64,000 nucleotides of DNA, taken from assembly GCF_013149785.1 (NCBI RefSeq), contig NZ_JABEZU010000003.1, forward strand, positions 372,001 to 436,000, written 5' to 3'. The DNA is from Isoptericola halotolerans (GTDB lineage: Bacteria; Actinomycetota; Actinomycetes; Actinomycetales; Cellulomonadaceae). Each line of letters begins with the position of its first letter. The stretch's first letter is position 1. The translations under genes and the position numbers were made by a program. Below are positions 15,779 through 25,384 of this stretch, in pieces. The notes under the pieces were generated by a model that saw only the letters and a list, made by a program, of their open reading frames with translations, ran no database searches and was not told the origin of the DNA.

Positions 15779-16035
15779 TCGACCTGGAGAACATCGGGCC
15801 GGCGGACATCGGCAAGGCGTTCCGTGTCACGCACCGGCTCGGCGCGGTCGAGGGCCCGCTGACGCACGTCGAGTGGGACACGGGAGCCGTCGAGGACTCG
15901 GTGGCCTGCGAGGCCACGCCTCGCTACGTCGCCGGTGCGACGACCGTCAGGCTCACCATCGGCGGCCAGAGGTTCACGTTCGAGCAGACCGGCCACGGCT
16001 ACCGCGGCCCGGGCATCGAGCGGGTGGGCGCATGA
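15775..16035 (+). CDS. Phage hypothetical protein
   Basis: ATGA overlaps at both ends. Confidence 0.6.
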   Translation: MIDLENIGPADIGKAFRVTHRLGAVEGPLTHVEWDTGAVEDSVACEATPRYVAGATTVRLTIGGQRFTFEQTGHGYRGPGIERVGA

Positions 16036-16376
16036 CGATCGTCGAGTTCCTGACCGCACGCCTGGACGAGGACGAGGCGGTGGCGCGAGCACTCATCGGG
16101 TCGCCGCTCGCTGGTGAGTTGATGGGTGCGGGCGTCCCGCTACCTCGCACCCCGGAAGGCCTGAGGTTCATGGCGTACAACCTGCCTCAGCGTGTGCTGA
16201 TCGAGGTCGAGGCGAAGCGGCGGATCGTGGCGCTGCACAGCGGCGACGCGGCGTGGTGCAGCTGGTCGCAGGACGCGAACGAGCGCCACGGCGACGGGCC
16301 CGACTGTGACACGCTCCGCCTGCTCGCGCTACCCCATGCCGACCACCCGGACTACGACGAGGCGTGGAGGCTGTGA
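16032..16376 (+). CDS. DUF6221-like protein
   Basis: EFLTARLDEDE...EVEAKRRIV...LRLLALPHADHPDYDEAW. Confidence 0.8.
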   Translation: MTIVEFLTARLDEDEAVARALIGSPLAGELMGAGVPLPRTPEGLRFMAYNLPQRVLIEVEAKRRIVALHSGDAAWCSWSQDANERHGDGPDCDTLRLLALPHADHPDYDEAWRL

Positions 16377-16385
16377 CCAGCATCC

Positions 16386-16500
16386 ATAGGCGCACGGCGC
16401 GTCAGTAGCGCAACCGATAGGCGCGGGCTATGCTGACAACTGTCAGCGCAACCAGTGCGCCCCGAAGGCCCTCCACCTCACGTAGGCGGGGGGCCTTCGG
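16386..16500 (+). promoter_or_regulatory. Putative late promoter and leader hairpin
   Basis: -10 TATGCT at 16429-16434; repeats ATAGGCGC and AGCGCAACC; inverted repeat GCTGACA-AC-TGTCAGC; hairpin CCGAAGGCC...GGCCTTCGG. Confidence 0.5.
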
Positions 16501-16522
16501 CGTACCCGGGGAGGTGTGCATC

Positions 16523-17224
16523 GTGCGCACCGTCGTCCTCCTGTGCGGGCCACCCGGCGCCGGCAAGACCACGCTTGCCCGCCAGTCCGACCTCGAGGTG
16601 TACGACCGGGACGACCCGCGATGGGAGTCCGAGTCCCACTTCACCCGCACCATCGCCCTGCTACGCACCAACCCGGGGGCACGGGCCGTGGTCATCCGGT
16701 CGGGTGCCACCACCTCCGCCCGCCGCAAGGCTGCCGCCCTGATCGGCGCCACCCACACCTACCTGGTGGACCCCGGGCGGGCCGAGGCCATGCACCGGGT
16801 CAAGGGGCGTGGGCGGGACGGGTGGAGGAGGGAGTGCCAGGGCGTGCTGCGCTGGTACGCAACCCACGACACCGACGACCGCGTGCAGGCTTTCCCCGGA
16901 TGGGACCAGCTCGGGCCCGCCGCACTGCCGCCCGCTCCGCCCGTCCGCACCGTGAGGCGCACCGCCGCGGCCCGAGGCTACGGCGCAGCGCACCGCCGAG
17001 AGCGCGCGAGGTGGCAACGCACCGTCGACCAGGGCCTCGCGAGCTGCGCACGCTGCCACGGCCCGATCTTGCCCGGTGAGCAGTGGGACCTCGGGCACAC
17101 CGACGACCGCACTGGCTGGACCGGACCCGAGCACCCTTCCTGCAACCGCTCAGCAGGCGGCCGCAACGGCAACCGAGTCGCTCGGGAGCGTCAGCAGATG
17201 GTCCGACGCGGCTGGTTCGACTGA
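16523..17224 (+). CDS. P-loop NTPase/kinase fused to terminase-associated HNH-like nuclease
   Basis: GPPGAGKTT Walker A; C-terminal RGYGAAH...CARC...WDLGH...PEHPSCN; SD GGAGGT. Confidence 0.82.
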   Translation: MRTVVLLCGPPGAGKTTLARQSDLEVYDRDDPRWESESHFTRTIALLRTNPGARAVVIRSGATTSARRKAAALIGATHTYLVDPGRAEAMHRVKGRGRDGWRRECQGVLRWYATHDTDDRVQAFPGWDQLGPAALPPAPPVRTVRRTAAARGYGAAHRRERARWQRTVDQGLASCARCHGPILPGEQWDLGHTDDRTGWTGPEHPSCNRSAGGRNGNRVARERQQMVRRGWFD

Positions 17225-17244
17225 CGGCTCGCGAAATAGGACAT

Positions 17245-17325
17245 AAGGGGTAGGGGTGGGTCCGAAGTTGGGCCGGCCGGCCGCCTCGACCCCCGGGCGC
17301 ATGGACTTTCACACACAGAGCTCTC
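17245..17325. other. Candidate cos/packaging region
   Basis: Non-coding gap between HNH and terS with G-runs (GGGGTAGGGGGTGGGTC), GACCCCC and TTTCACACACAG; position expected for cos phages. Confidence 0.45.
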
Positions 17326-17347
17326 AGGTTCGGCGAGGGGGTCCGGG

Positions 17348-17590
17348 GTGAGCGATCGACTCGACCGCCTCAAGGCGCTGGCCGACACCCTCGAGGACTC
17401 GATAGCCCAGGCGGACCCGGAGAAGCGCGGCCCGCTCGCGGCCCAGTTCCGGGCAACCCTCGCGGACATCGAAGCGCTCGACCAGGACGCGAAGGCGGGT
17501 GACCCGATTGACGAGCTCGCCAAGCGCAGGTCTGCTCGTGGAGCAGGCACCGCCTCGGGTGAAGATCGCCCCGCCCGGGGGTCGCGCTAA
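17348..17590 (+). CDS. Terminase small subunit
   Basis: LAAQFRATLADIEAL...DPIDELAKRR; immediately before terL. Confidence 0.8.
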   Translation: MSDRLDRLKALADTLEDSIAQADPEKRGPLAAQFRATLADIEALDQDAKAGDPIDELAKRRSARGAGTASGEDRPARGSR

Positions 17591-18956
17591 CTCCTGGGAG
17601 GACGTCGCTGACCTGTCGACGGCGTTCGGGCTGACGCTCGACCCGTGGCAGGAGCTGGTGCTGCAGTGCGCGATGGCTGAGCGTGCCGACGGCCGCTGGA
17701 CTGCGAGCCGCGTCGGCCTGTCCGTGCCGCGGCAGAACGGGAAGTCTCAGCTCATCGTGTCCCGCGCCCTGGCCGGCTCGCTGTTGTTCGGCGAGAAGAC
17801 GGTCATCGTGTCGGCGCACCAGCAGGACACGGCGCGCGAGACCTTCATGAAATTCATGGAGCTGATCGAGGCCAACCCTGCGCTCGAGGCTCGCCTGTCC
17901 GGCGGCAGCATCCGCACGGGCATCATGAACGCGTTCAACCGTGAACAGATCAAGTTCGCCAACGGCTCGGTCGTCAAGTTCAAGGCCCGGTCGGCACCCG
18001 GTGGTCGCGGCTTCTCGTGCGACGCGCTATTCCTCGACGAAGCGCAGATCCTCAGCGCCCGAGCGTGGGCGTCGATCAACTCGACGATGTCGGCCCGCCC
18101 GAACCCGCAGGTGTGGCTCCTGGGCACACCGCCCACCCCCGAGGACGACGGCGACGTATTCGCCCGCGCTCGCGACTCGGCGATGGACGGGTCGAGCACT
18201 CGGTCGGCGTATCTGGAGTGGTCCGCCGACCCTGCCGACGACCCGGCGCTCGAGGAGACGCGCGCGAAGGCGAACCCAGCGTGGAACAGCCGGATCAACC
18301 ACGACGTGGTGCAAGGCGAGTACGAGACGTACTCGCCCGAGCAGTTCGCCCGGGAGCGGCTAGGCATCTGGGACGAGGACGTGCTCGACGTGTTCGCCGG
18401 CGCCTGGCCCCGCTGCAAGGGCGAGCCGCCGACGGTCCCGCCGGTGCGCCTGGCGGTCGCATGCGACCCCGACCAGTCCCAGGGCGCGATCCTCGCCTCG
18501 GCGGTCGACGAGGACGGGATTGTGCACGTTCGCCCGCTGCGCTACGAGCGCGGCACGGGGTGGCTCGTCGAGGCTGCGGCCGAGCTTGCCCGCGAGCTCG
18601 GAACGCCGGTCGTCGTCGACGGTGGCGGCCCGGCCGCCTCGCTGGTGCCAGACCTGAACGCCGCCGGCGTGCCGCTGCGAACCCTCAAGACGTCCGAGTT
18701 CCTCGACGCCTGCGCGGAGTTCCACCAGCTCGTGATGACCCAGCGGCTACGACATGCCGACTACGCCGAACTCAACGACGCGGTGCGCGTCGCCGTCAAG
18801 CGCCCGGTCCAGGATCGCTGGGCATGGGGGCGCCGGAAGTCCGCCGGCGATATCAGTCTGCTGGAGGCCGCAACCCTCGCTACCTGGGACGCACTGCATC
18901 CGCTCAAGACGAAGACCCCGACCGTGCATCGCTGGCCTGCTACCGCTGGGAGGTGA
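17508..18956 (+). CDS. Terminase large subunit
   Basis: VPRQNGKS Walker A, LFLDEAQ Walker B, LGTPP, ANP, FARERLG; start uncertain (17499, 17508 or 17538). Confidence 0.95.
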   Translation: MTSSPSAGLLVEQAPPRVKIAPPGGRANSWEDVADLSTAFGLTLDPWQELVLQCAMAERADGRWTASRVGLSVPRQNGKSQLIVSRALAGSLLFGEKTVIVSAHQQDTARETFMKFMELIEANPALEARLSGGSIRTGIMNAFNREQIKFANGSVVKFKARSAPGGRGFSCDALFLDEAQILSARAWASINSTMSARPNPQVWLLGTPPTPEDDGDVFARARDSAMDGSSTRSAYLEWSADPADDPALEETRAKANPAWNSRINHDVVQGEYETYSPEQFARERLGIWDEDVLDVFAGAWPRCKGEPPTVPPVRLAVACDPDQSQGAILASAVDEDGIVHVRPLRYERGTGWLVEAAAELARELGTPVVVDGGGPAASLVPDLNAAGVPLRTLKTSEFLDACAEFHQLVMTQRLRHADYAELNDAVRVAVKRPVQDRWAWGRRKSAGDISLLEAATLATWDALHPLKTKTPTVHRWPATAGR

Positions 18957-18960
18957 GCCC

Positions 18961-20190
18961 GTGGGCTTCCTGTCTCGCCTCTCCGCGCTGATCCCGACCC
19001 CTCCGACGGCCGCGCCGCCCGAGCGCCGCGAGTTCACCCCGTCGGTGCCGACCAACTTCGAGTCCGGCCTGTCGAGCGCCGGCGAGCACGTATCCGAGCG
19101 CACGGCCATGCGGTCGGTCGCCGTGTACGCCTGCGTGAAGCTGCTCGCCGACAACATCGCGACGCTGCCGATGGACTGCCTGCGCAAGGTCGACGGCATC
19201 CGCCAGGAGGTGCCGCGAACGCCAGCGCTCGTCCGGCGCCCGAACCCGTCGATGACCAACGTGGACTTCTACAGCCAGGTCGTGACGTCACTCGCCCTGC
19301 GCGGCAACGCCTACCTGATCGTCCAGGCGCGCGACGCCCTGGAGTACCCATCGAGCCTGCTGCCGGTCCATCCAGACGACGTGCAGATCGAGATCGACGA
19401 GCGCACCTACGCCGTGACGTACCGCTTCGGTGGGGAGGTCATCCCGGCCGCCGACATGGTGCACATCCCGCGACTGCGCGCCCCGGGCGCCGCGCTGGGC
19501 ATCTCTCCCATCGGCGAGGCGGCGCAGTCGATCGGCCTGGACCTCGCAGCGCGCAAGTACGGTGCGAAGTGGTTCGGCGAGTCCGCGGACCCGTCATCGG
19601 TGCTCGAGTCGGCCGACGACCTGACCCAGGAGCAGGCCGACCGCAACATGGAGGCCTGGATCGACTCGCACGGCGGCAAGCGCCACCCCGCGATGCTGTC
19701 CGGCGGCCTGACGTACCGGCGCATCTCCATCACGCCCGAGGAGTCGCAGTTCCTCGAGACGCGCCGCTTCCAGACCGGCGAGATCGCCCGACTCTTCGGC
19801 GTGCCGCCGCACATGATCGGCGACACCGAGCGGTCAACGTCATGGGGCTCCGGGATCGAACAGCAGTCCATCGGATTCGTGCGGTTCAACCTGCGCCCGT
19901 GGCTGACCGTCATCGAGCAGGCGATCTCTGACCTGCTCCCCCGGGGGCAGTTCGTCCGCTTCAACGTCGAGGCGCTGCTGCGCGGCGACACCAAGGCCCG
20001 CTACGACGCCTACGTCTCGGCGCGCAATGCCGGTTGGCTGAACGTCAACGAGATCCGCGAGCTGGAGGACCGTGCCCCCGTCGAGGGCGGCGACGAGTAC
20101 CTGCAGCCGCTCAACATGGGCCCTCTCGGGTCCGACCCGCTCGCAGACAAGGGCGGCGACCAGGGAGGTTCCGATGGACCGCAGGAGTGA
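18961..20190 (+). CDS. Portal protein, HK97 family
   Basis: AVYACVKLLAD, LRGNAY, QFLETRRF...EIARLFGVPPHMIG, NEIRELED. Confidence 0.96.
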   Translation: MGFLSRLSALIPTPPTAAPPERREFTPSVPTNFESGLSSAGEHVSERTAMRSVAVYACVKLLADNIATLPMDCLRKVDGIRQEVPRTPALVRRPNPSMTNVDFYSQVVTSLALRGNAYLIVQARDALEYPSSLLPVHPDDVQIEIDERTYAVTYRFGGEVIPAADMVHIPRLRAPGAALGISPIGEAAQSIGLDLAARKYGAKWFGESADPSSVLESADDLTQEQADRNMEAWIDSHGGKRHPAMLSGGLTYRRISITPEESQFLETRRFQTGEIARLFGVPPHMIGDTERSTSWGSGIEQQSIGFVRFNLRPWLTVIEQAISDLLPRGQFVRFNVEALLRGDTKARYDAYVSARNAGWLNVNEIRELEDRAPVEGGDEYLQPLNMGPLGSDPLADKGGDQGGSDGPQE

Positions 20191-20881
20191 CCTGCTCGGC
20201 ACGCGTGAGCGTCGCCTGATGACCGCACCCATGCAGGTGCGCGCCGATGGCGACGACACGCTCGTCGTCGAGGGGTACGCGAGCGTCTTCGAGTCGCCCT
20301 ACGACATCTGGGGAGGACCCGACAAGGGCGGTTTCACCGAGATCATCGATCGTCGTGCCTTCGACAAGACGCTCAAGTCGAACGCGGACGTCCCCCTGCT
20401 GCTCAACCACGGCGGCATGCCTCTGGCGCGCACCAAGTCGGGCACGCTGCAGCTCTCGACCGACAAGCACGGCCTCAAGATGCGTGCCGAGCTCGACCGG
20501 CGCGACCCCGAGGTGCAGTCCCTCGGGGTCAAGCTCGAGCGCGGCGACATGGACGAGATGAGCTTCGCGTTCTACGCGATCCGCGAGCAGTGGGACGACG
20601 AGAAGGCCGAGCGTCGGCTGACCGAGGTGTCGATCCACAAGGGTGACGTCTCGATCGTGAACTACGGCGCGAACTCGGCCACCTCCGTCGGGCTCGTCGA
20701 CGCCGTGCGCGCTCTGGCCGAGGCCGACGAGTCCGAACTCGCCGCAGCGCGCTCCAGCCTCGACCGCGCTGAGGCCGAGGCCGCCCAGCGCCACCTCAAC
20801 GCGTACCTGCGCGCACAGCGCGGTGCACGCACCACGACTTCCCTCGCCGCCGCCCGTGCGGTCATCGAGGGCCTGGCCTGA
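20174..20881 (+). CDS. Prohead protease, HK97 family
   Basis: EGYASVF, LLLNH, MSFAF, DVSIVNYGA. Confidence 0.93.
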   Translation: MDRRSDLLGTRERRLMTAPMQVRADGDDTLVVEGYASVFESPYDIWGGPDKGGFTEIIDRRAFDKTLKSNADVPLLLNHGGMPLARTKSGTLQLSTDKHGLKMRAELDRRDPEVQSLGVKLERGDMDEMSFAFYAIREQWDDEKAERRLTEVSIHKGDVSIVNYGANSATSVGLVDAVRALAEADESELAAARSSLDRAEAEAAQRHLNAYLRAQRGARTTTSLAAARAVIEGLA

Positions 20882-21026
20882 CCTCAGGCCACCCGCAACA
20901 CCCCGTTCGCGCCGTCACCCCACGCCCCCGCGCCGCAGCAGCACTGCACCCGGGCCGCGTCGCCGTGCCACCCGAGCGATCCCCCGCAACCCACTACCCG
21001 GACACCGGGAGAAGGGAGATGCCGTC

Positions 21027-22415
21027 ATGGACGAGCGTCTCAAGCGGCTGATCGCCAAGCGCGAGGCAGCCCAGAAGGAGCGCGAGCAGCTGCTCGCCCA
21101 GCGCAAGGCCATCGTCGAGGTGGCTGAGGACGAGGCCCGCGAGGACCTCTCCGAGGAGGAGGACACGGAGTTCCGCGGCCTCACCGCCAAGATCAAGGAC
21201 AAGGACGGCGAGATCGCCCGCTTCGACGAGCGGATCTCCGAGCTGTCCGAGGAGGCCGAGCGCGAGGCCAACATCACCGACGGGGCTCGCGCCGTGCAGC
21301 GCGCACGCCGCCGCGCGGAGGTCGTCTCCGAGGAGGCCACGTACCGCCAGGACGGGCGCGCGTCCTACTTCCGGGACATCGTCTCGGTCGGCCTCAACAT
21401 GGACGGCGATGGCGGTGCCCGGCAGCGCCTCGACCGCCACGCCCAGGAGGTCAAGGAGGCCAAGGGCGAGTACCGCGACCTGACGCGCACCGACGGCGAG
21501 GGCGGATTCTTCGTCCCGCCGGCGTGGCTCATGTCGCAGTGGGTGGAGCTGGCCCGTGCCGGCCGCCCGACGGCGAACGTCGTGCCCGGCGAGCCCCTGC
21601 CGCCCGGCACGGACTCGATCAACGTCCCGAAGGTCGCCACCGGCACCTCGACGGCGATCCAGACCGCGGACAACGCGGCCGTCTCCGAGACGGACCTGAC
21701 CGACACCTCGGTGCCGGCGCCCGTGCGCACCATCGCCGGTCAGCAGGACATCGCGGTGCAGCTGCTCGAGCAGTCTCCGGTCAGCTTCGACCAGGTCATC
21801 TTCGGTGACCTGGTGGGTGACTACGCGACCAAGCTCGACCAGGGCGTCCTCTCCGGAACCGGGTCGAACGGCCAGGTGGTCGGCATCCGGAACACGGCCG
21901 GCATCGGGACCGTCGCGGTCGCTGCGGCCACGGTCGCCGCCATCTACGGAGGCATCGCCCAGGCCACGTCGCAGATCAACACGAGCCGGTTCCGCCCGGC
22001 CACGGTGATCGTCATGCACCCGCGCCGCTGGTCGTGGCTGCTGGGCCAGCTCGACTCGAACGACCGCCCCCTGGTCGTGCCGGGCGCGCAGGCCCCGCAG
22101 AACTCGCTCGCGTCGTTCGGCTCCCTCGGGGCCGAGGGTGTCGTCGGCACTCTGCTCGGCCTGCCGGTCGTGCTGGACGCCTCGATCCCCACGACGCTGG
22201 GCACCGAGTCCAACGAGGACGTCATCCTCGTGATGAAGGCCGACGACCTGCGCCTGTGGGAGTCCGGCATCCGCACCCGCGTCTACCCCTCGGTCGGCTC
22301 GGGCACCCTCACGGTCCGCCTGCAGGTGTACGGCTACCTCGCCTTCACCGCCGGCCGCTACCCGCAGTCGGTCGTGGAGCTCACCGGCGCCGGGCTCGTC
22401 GACCCGTACGCCTGA
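21027..22415 (+). CDS. Major capsid protein (HK97 fold, N-terminal delta domain)
   Basis: Coiled-coil N-terminus, GGFFVPP, VMHPRRW...DSNDRPL, GTLLGLPVV. Confidence 0.95.
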   Translation: MDERLKRLIAKREAAQKEREQLLAQRKAIVEVAEDEAREDLSEEEDTEFRGLTAKIKDKDGEIARFDERISELSEEAEREANITDGARAVQRARRRAEVVSEEATYRQDGRASYFRDIVSVGLNMDGDGGARQRLDRHAQEVKEAKGEYRDLTRTDGEGGFFVPPAWLMSQWVELARAGRPTANVVPGEPLPPGTDSINVPKVATGTSTAIQTADNAAVSETDLTDTSVPAPVRTIAGQQDIAVQLLEQSPVSFDQVIFGDLVGDYATKLDQGVLSGTGSNGQVVGIRNTAGIGTVAVAAATVAAIYGGIAQATSQINTSRFRPATVIVMHPRRWSWLLGQLDSNDRPLVVPGAQAPQNSLASFGSLGAEGVVGTLLGLPVVLDASIPTTLGTESNEDVILVMKADDLRLWESGIRTRVYPSVGSGTLTVRLQVYGYLAFTAGRYPQSVVELTGAGLVDPYA

Positions 22416-22422
22416 TCCACGC

Positions 22423-22453
22423 AGGGGCGCCCGGCAGCACGTCGGGCGCCCCT
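22423..22453 (+). terminator. Hairpin after capsid gene
   Basis: AGGGGCGCCCG / CGGGCGCCCCT 11-bp stem; no U-tract. Confidence 0.5.
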
Positions 22454-22474
22454 CGCTCATCGAGAGGACGAGCC

Positions 22475-22699
22475 ATGGCTCTGAGCAAGAACCGCGCCGG
22501 TGCGCCGGCGACACGCGACTACGACGCCGACCGCAAGGCCGCCACCGAGCGACTGCTCGCCCGCGCCGAGCGTCAGGGCGACAGCGCGACCGCCGAGAAG
22601 GCTGCCGCCATGCTCGGCCGCAAGCCCAAGGGTCGCGGCCGCACCCCGGCCAAGGAGAACGCCGCCGAGCGCCAGGCACCCGAGACCGCCAAGGACTGA
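22475..22699 (+). CDS. Small basic protein after capsid
   Basis: SD GAGAGG; position typical of small post-capsid genes. Confidence 0.65.
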   Translation: MALSKNRAGAPATRDYDADRKAATERLLARAERQGDSATAEKAAAMLGRKPKGRGRTPAKENAAERQAPETAKD

Positions 22700-22700
22700 C

Positions 22701-23375
22701 GTGGTCCGCGTCGACACCCACTACCCGCTGCTGCGGGCCCGGCGTGAGCGGGACGCCACAGCCGCTCTCGTGCCGGTGGTCGACGCGATCACGGATGACC
22801 TGGCCGCCCGCCTGTCGACCGGGGCGAGGATCACCGTCCCGGCCGCCCTGCGCCGAGACCTGCGCGACGTCATCCACGCCGAGCTGACGACCACCGCGGA
22901 CGAGGCCGGCCAGCGCGTCGCCCTGGCTCTCGGTGACGAGCGGGCCCGCAAGTGGGACCCCGAGGTGATGCAACCGTGGCTGCGCAAGACGGCCGCGAGC
23001 ATCGCCGACGGCGAAACGGAGTACTGGGCACGGCTCGTGCGCTACTTCGCCGAGAACCCCGACGAGGCGACCGACGCGGCGATGGACGCACTGGTCGTGC
23101 GCATCTCCAAGCAGGCGCCTGCCCTGGCTGGTGACATGGTCACGGCCTCGATCAGCTTCGCTGCGCAGGATGCCGGCGAGGCCAACGACGCCGAGTTCAA
23201 GGTCTGGCGCGTCAACTCGACGAACCCGCGCGAGTCGCACGCCGCACTGTCCGGCGAGACCGTGCCCATGCGGGAGTCGTTCTCCAACGGGCTGCGCCAG
23301 CCCGGCGCCCGCGGCCCTGCCGAGGAAACGGCCAACTGTCGCTGCTCGATCGACATCGTCAAGGGGGACTCATGA
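22701..23375 (+). CDS. MuF-like minor head protein
   Basis: KVWRV...PRESHAALSGETVP...FSNGLRQPG...NCRC. Confidence 0.82.
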   Translation: MVRVDTHYPLLRARRERDATAALVPVVDAITDDLAARLSTGARITVPAALRRDLRDVIHAELTTTADEAGQRVALALGDERARKWDPEVMQPWLRKTAASIADGETEYWARLVRYFAENPDEATDAAMDALVVRISKQAPALAGDMVTASISFAAQDAGEANDAEFKVWRVNSTNPRESHAALSGETVPMRESFSNGLRQPGARGPAEETANCRCSIDIVKGDS

Positions 23376-23917
23376 CGAATGACATGGTCGGCCCTGAGGA
23401 CCTCGACGACCGACCCGGCGCCCCGTTCTCCGAGACCGAGGTCGACGCCGCCGTGGCCGCCATGCGCAAGACGGCAGGGTGGCACATCGCCCCCAAGCGC
23501 CCTAGCGAGACCGTCTACCTCGACGTGGGCATGCGGGAGCGGGTGCTGCGGCTGCCCACCCTCAAGCTCGACGAGATCGCCGACGTCCGCGACGCGACAG
23601 GCGACGACCCGGTCACGATCGAGCCGGGCGGGTACCGGGCCTCGCGCAGGACCGGGCTCGTGCGCCGCACTGGGGGCTACTGGCCGGCAGGGTACGAGGC
23701 GGTCGAGGTCGACATGACCCACGGCTACGACGAGACCCCGCCGGACCTTCTGCCGCTGATCGCGCAACTTGCCCTCACCGAGCGCCGCGACCGGTCCGTG
23801 CGCACCGTGTCGGTCGACGACGCGTCCACGACCTACGCGAACGCCACGACGGCGCTGGCGGGCATCGCTGGTCGGACTGGCGCCCTGGCGCCCTACGTGA
23901 TCCCGGTCGTGCGATGA
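23372..23917 (+). CDS. Head-to-tail adaptor
   Basis: AGWHIAP, LRLPTL, VDMTHGY motifs; position. Confidence 0.8.
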   Translation: MTNDMVGPEDLDDRPGAPFSETEVDAAVAAMRKTAGWHIAPKRPSETVYLDVGMRERVLRLPTLKLDEIADVRDATGDDPVTIEPGGYRASRRTGLVRRTGGYWPAGYEAVEVDMTHGYDETPPDLLPLIAQLALTERRDRSVRTVSVDDASTTYANATTALAGIAGRTGALAPYVIPVVR

Positions 23918-24306
23918 GCATGCTCGACGCGATCGCTGCGGCCATCGGTCCGATGCGACGCCAGGCCGAGTCCCTCATGGTCGACCTCTGCACGGTTGGC
24001 CGCCCCGGCGAGCCGGTCATGGACCCCGAGACGGGCGTCGTGACCACGCCGGCGATCGAGGTCTACACCGGCCCCTGCAAGATCCAGACCTACGCCCCAC
24101 ACGAGCAGACCCCGGAGGCCGGCTCGTCCTCGCCGACGGTGCAGCGGTACTCGATCCATCTACCCGTCACCGCGGGCCCGGTGCACGTAGGTGACGTCGT
24201 CTCGGTCGGCTCCCGCCGCTTCCGCATCACCGCCCCGTTCGACAAGACGTGGATGACCGCGCAGCGGCACTACGTCGACGAGCTCACGACCGTCGAGGAG
24301 GCGTGA
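23914..24306 (+). CDS. Head-to-tail stopper (DUF6093-like)
   Basis: AESLMVDLCTV...DPETG...VYTGPCKIQ. Confidence 0.8.
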   Translation: MSMLDAIAAAIGPMRRQAESLMVDLCTVGRPGEPVMDPETGVVTTPAIEVYTGPCKIQTYAPHEQTPEAGSSSPTVQRYSIHLPVTAGPVHVGDVVSVGSRRFRITAPFDKTWMTAQRHYVDELTTVEEA

Positions 24307-24701
24307 TGACCGGCATCTCGTTCGACACCTCCGAGCTGCGCACCCTCTCGGCAGACCTGGCCGCGGCGCCCGAGAGTGCCGCCAAGAAGGTCCCCGCGAT
24401 CCTGGGGCGAGGCGCGAAGAACATCCGCGACCAGATGCGCTCCGAGGCCGAGAAGAGCCGCCGGTACTTCAAGCTCGGCTACACGATCGACTACGAGAAG
24501 GTCCGCGAGGAGGGCACGTCGTTCTCCACGGAGATCGGCCCGAACCGCGCCCGCCACGAGCAGGCCAAGCTCGCGCACGTCGCGTACTTCGGTGGCGTGC
24601 ACGGCGGTGGCGGCACGCTGCCGGACCCGCAGGGCGCGCTGGACGCCGAGGCGCCGGAGGTCATGAAGTACCTGGCGCGCGAAGCGGCGGACGTCTTCTG
24701 A
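24306..24701 (+). CDS. HK97 gp10-like neck/tail-completion protein
   Basis: Position; ELRTLSADL...EIGP. Confidence 0.72.
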   Translation: MTGISFDTSELRTLSADLAAAPESAAKKVPAILGRGAKNIRDQMRSEAEKSRRYFKLGYTIDYEKVREEGTSFSTEIGPNRARHEQAKLAHVAYFGGVHGGGGTLPDPQGALDAEAPEVMKYLAREAADVF

Positions 24702-25120
24702 TGCTCGCGCACCTGCAGGCGCTGGAGGCGTCCCTGGCGACGCTGGGGCGCCCGGTGCACCGGATCTACGCGCCGGACGACGCGCTGGCCGACCTGCCGT
24801 ACCTCGTGCTCGAGGCGCCCGGCTGGGGCGGCGTGCTCGACATGCCGGTCTGTGGCACCTCGCATTCCCTGCACACGACCTTCCGCGTGAAGGCCGTCGG
24901 GGCGAACCCGGACTCCGTGCTGCTCACGCTGCGCCGGGTCCGGGCGCTGTGGTCGCCGGCTCACGAGTGGACCACGGTCCCAATGCCCGGGCGCCTACTG
25001 CAGGTCCACTACGAGCGATCCGAGGCCGTCTTCGTCGACCGCGACGTGACCATGCCGGCCTCGAACACCCATCCGGGCGTCGGCGTCGAGACGTACTCGC
25101 TCGACTCTCAGCCCGCCTGA
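24701..25120 (+). CDS. Tail terminator-like protein
   Basis: AP...LPYLVL motif; position before major tail. Confidence 0.7.
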   Translation: MLAHLQALEASLATLGRPVHRIYAPDDALADLPYLVLEAPGWGGVLDMPVCGTSHSLHTTFRVKAVGANPDSVLLTLRRVRALWSPAHEWTTVPMPGRLLQVHYERSEAVFVDRDVTMPASNTHPGVGVETYSLDSQPA

Positions 25121-25186
25121 CCCCTACCCACCCGACCCCGTCGCGCCAGCGTGCGGGGTTCTCGCCATGCCCCCAGGAGGCTCATC

Positions 25187-25381
25187 GTGCTCGTCGACGC
25201 CTACGACAACCGCACCGGCAAGAAGCTCCCGAACCGGGTGCCCGCCAAGGCCATCGGTCACCCGGTGGTCGGCCCGCACCTGTCCCGTACTCCGCGGTCG
25301 AAGGCCGCGGGCAAGAAGGCCGCGCCGTCGGCGCCGGCCAAGTCCACCGAGACCCCGGTCGCCGGGGAAGGAAAGGAGTGA
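25187..25381 (+). CDS. Small protein before major tail
   Basis: SD AGGAGG; RTGKK...VP...HPV pattern. Confidence 0.65.
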   Translation: MLVDAYDNRTGKKLPNRVPAKAIGHPVVGPHLSRTPRSKAAGKKAAPSAPAKSTETPVAGEGKE

Positions 25382-25384
25382 GCC

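Noticed and set aside
20994..23240. 748-aa minus-strand ORF
   Set aside because: Antisense shadow of capsid and MuF-like genes
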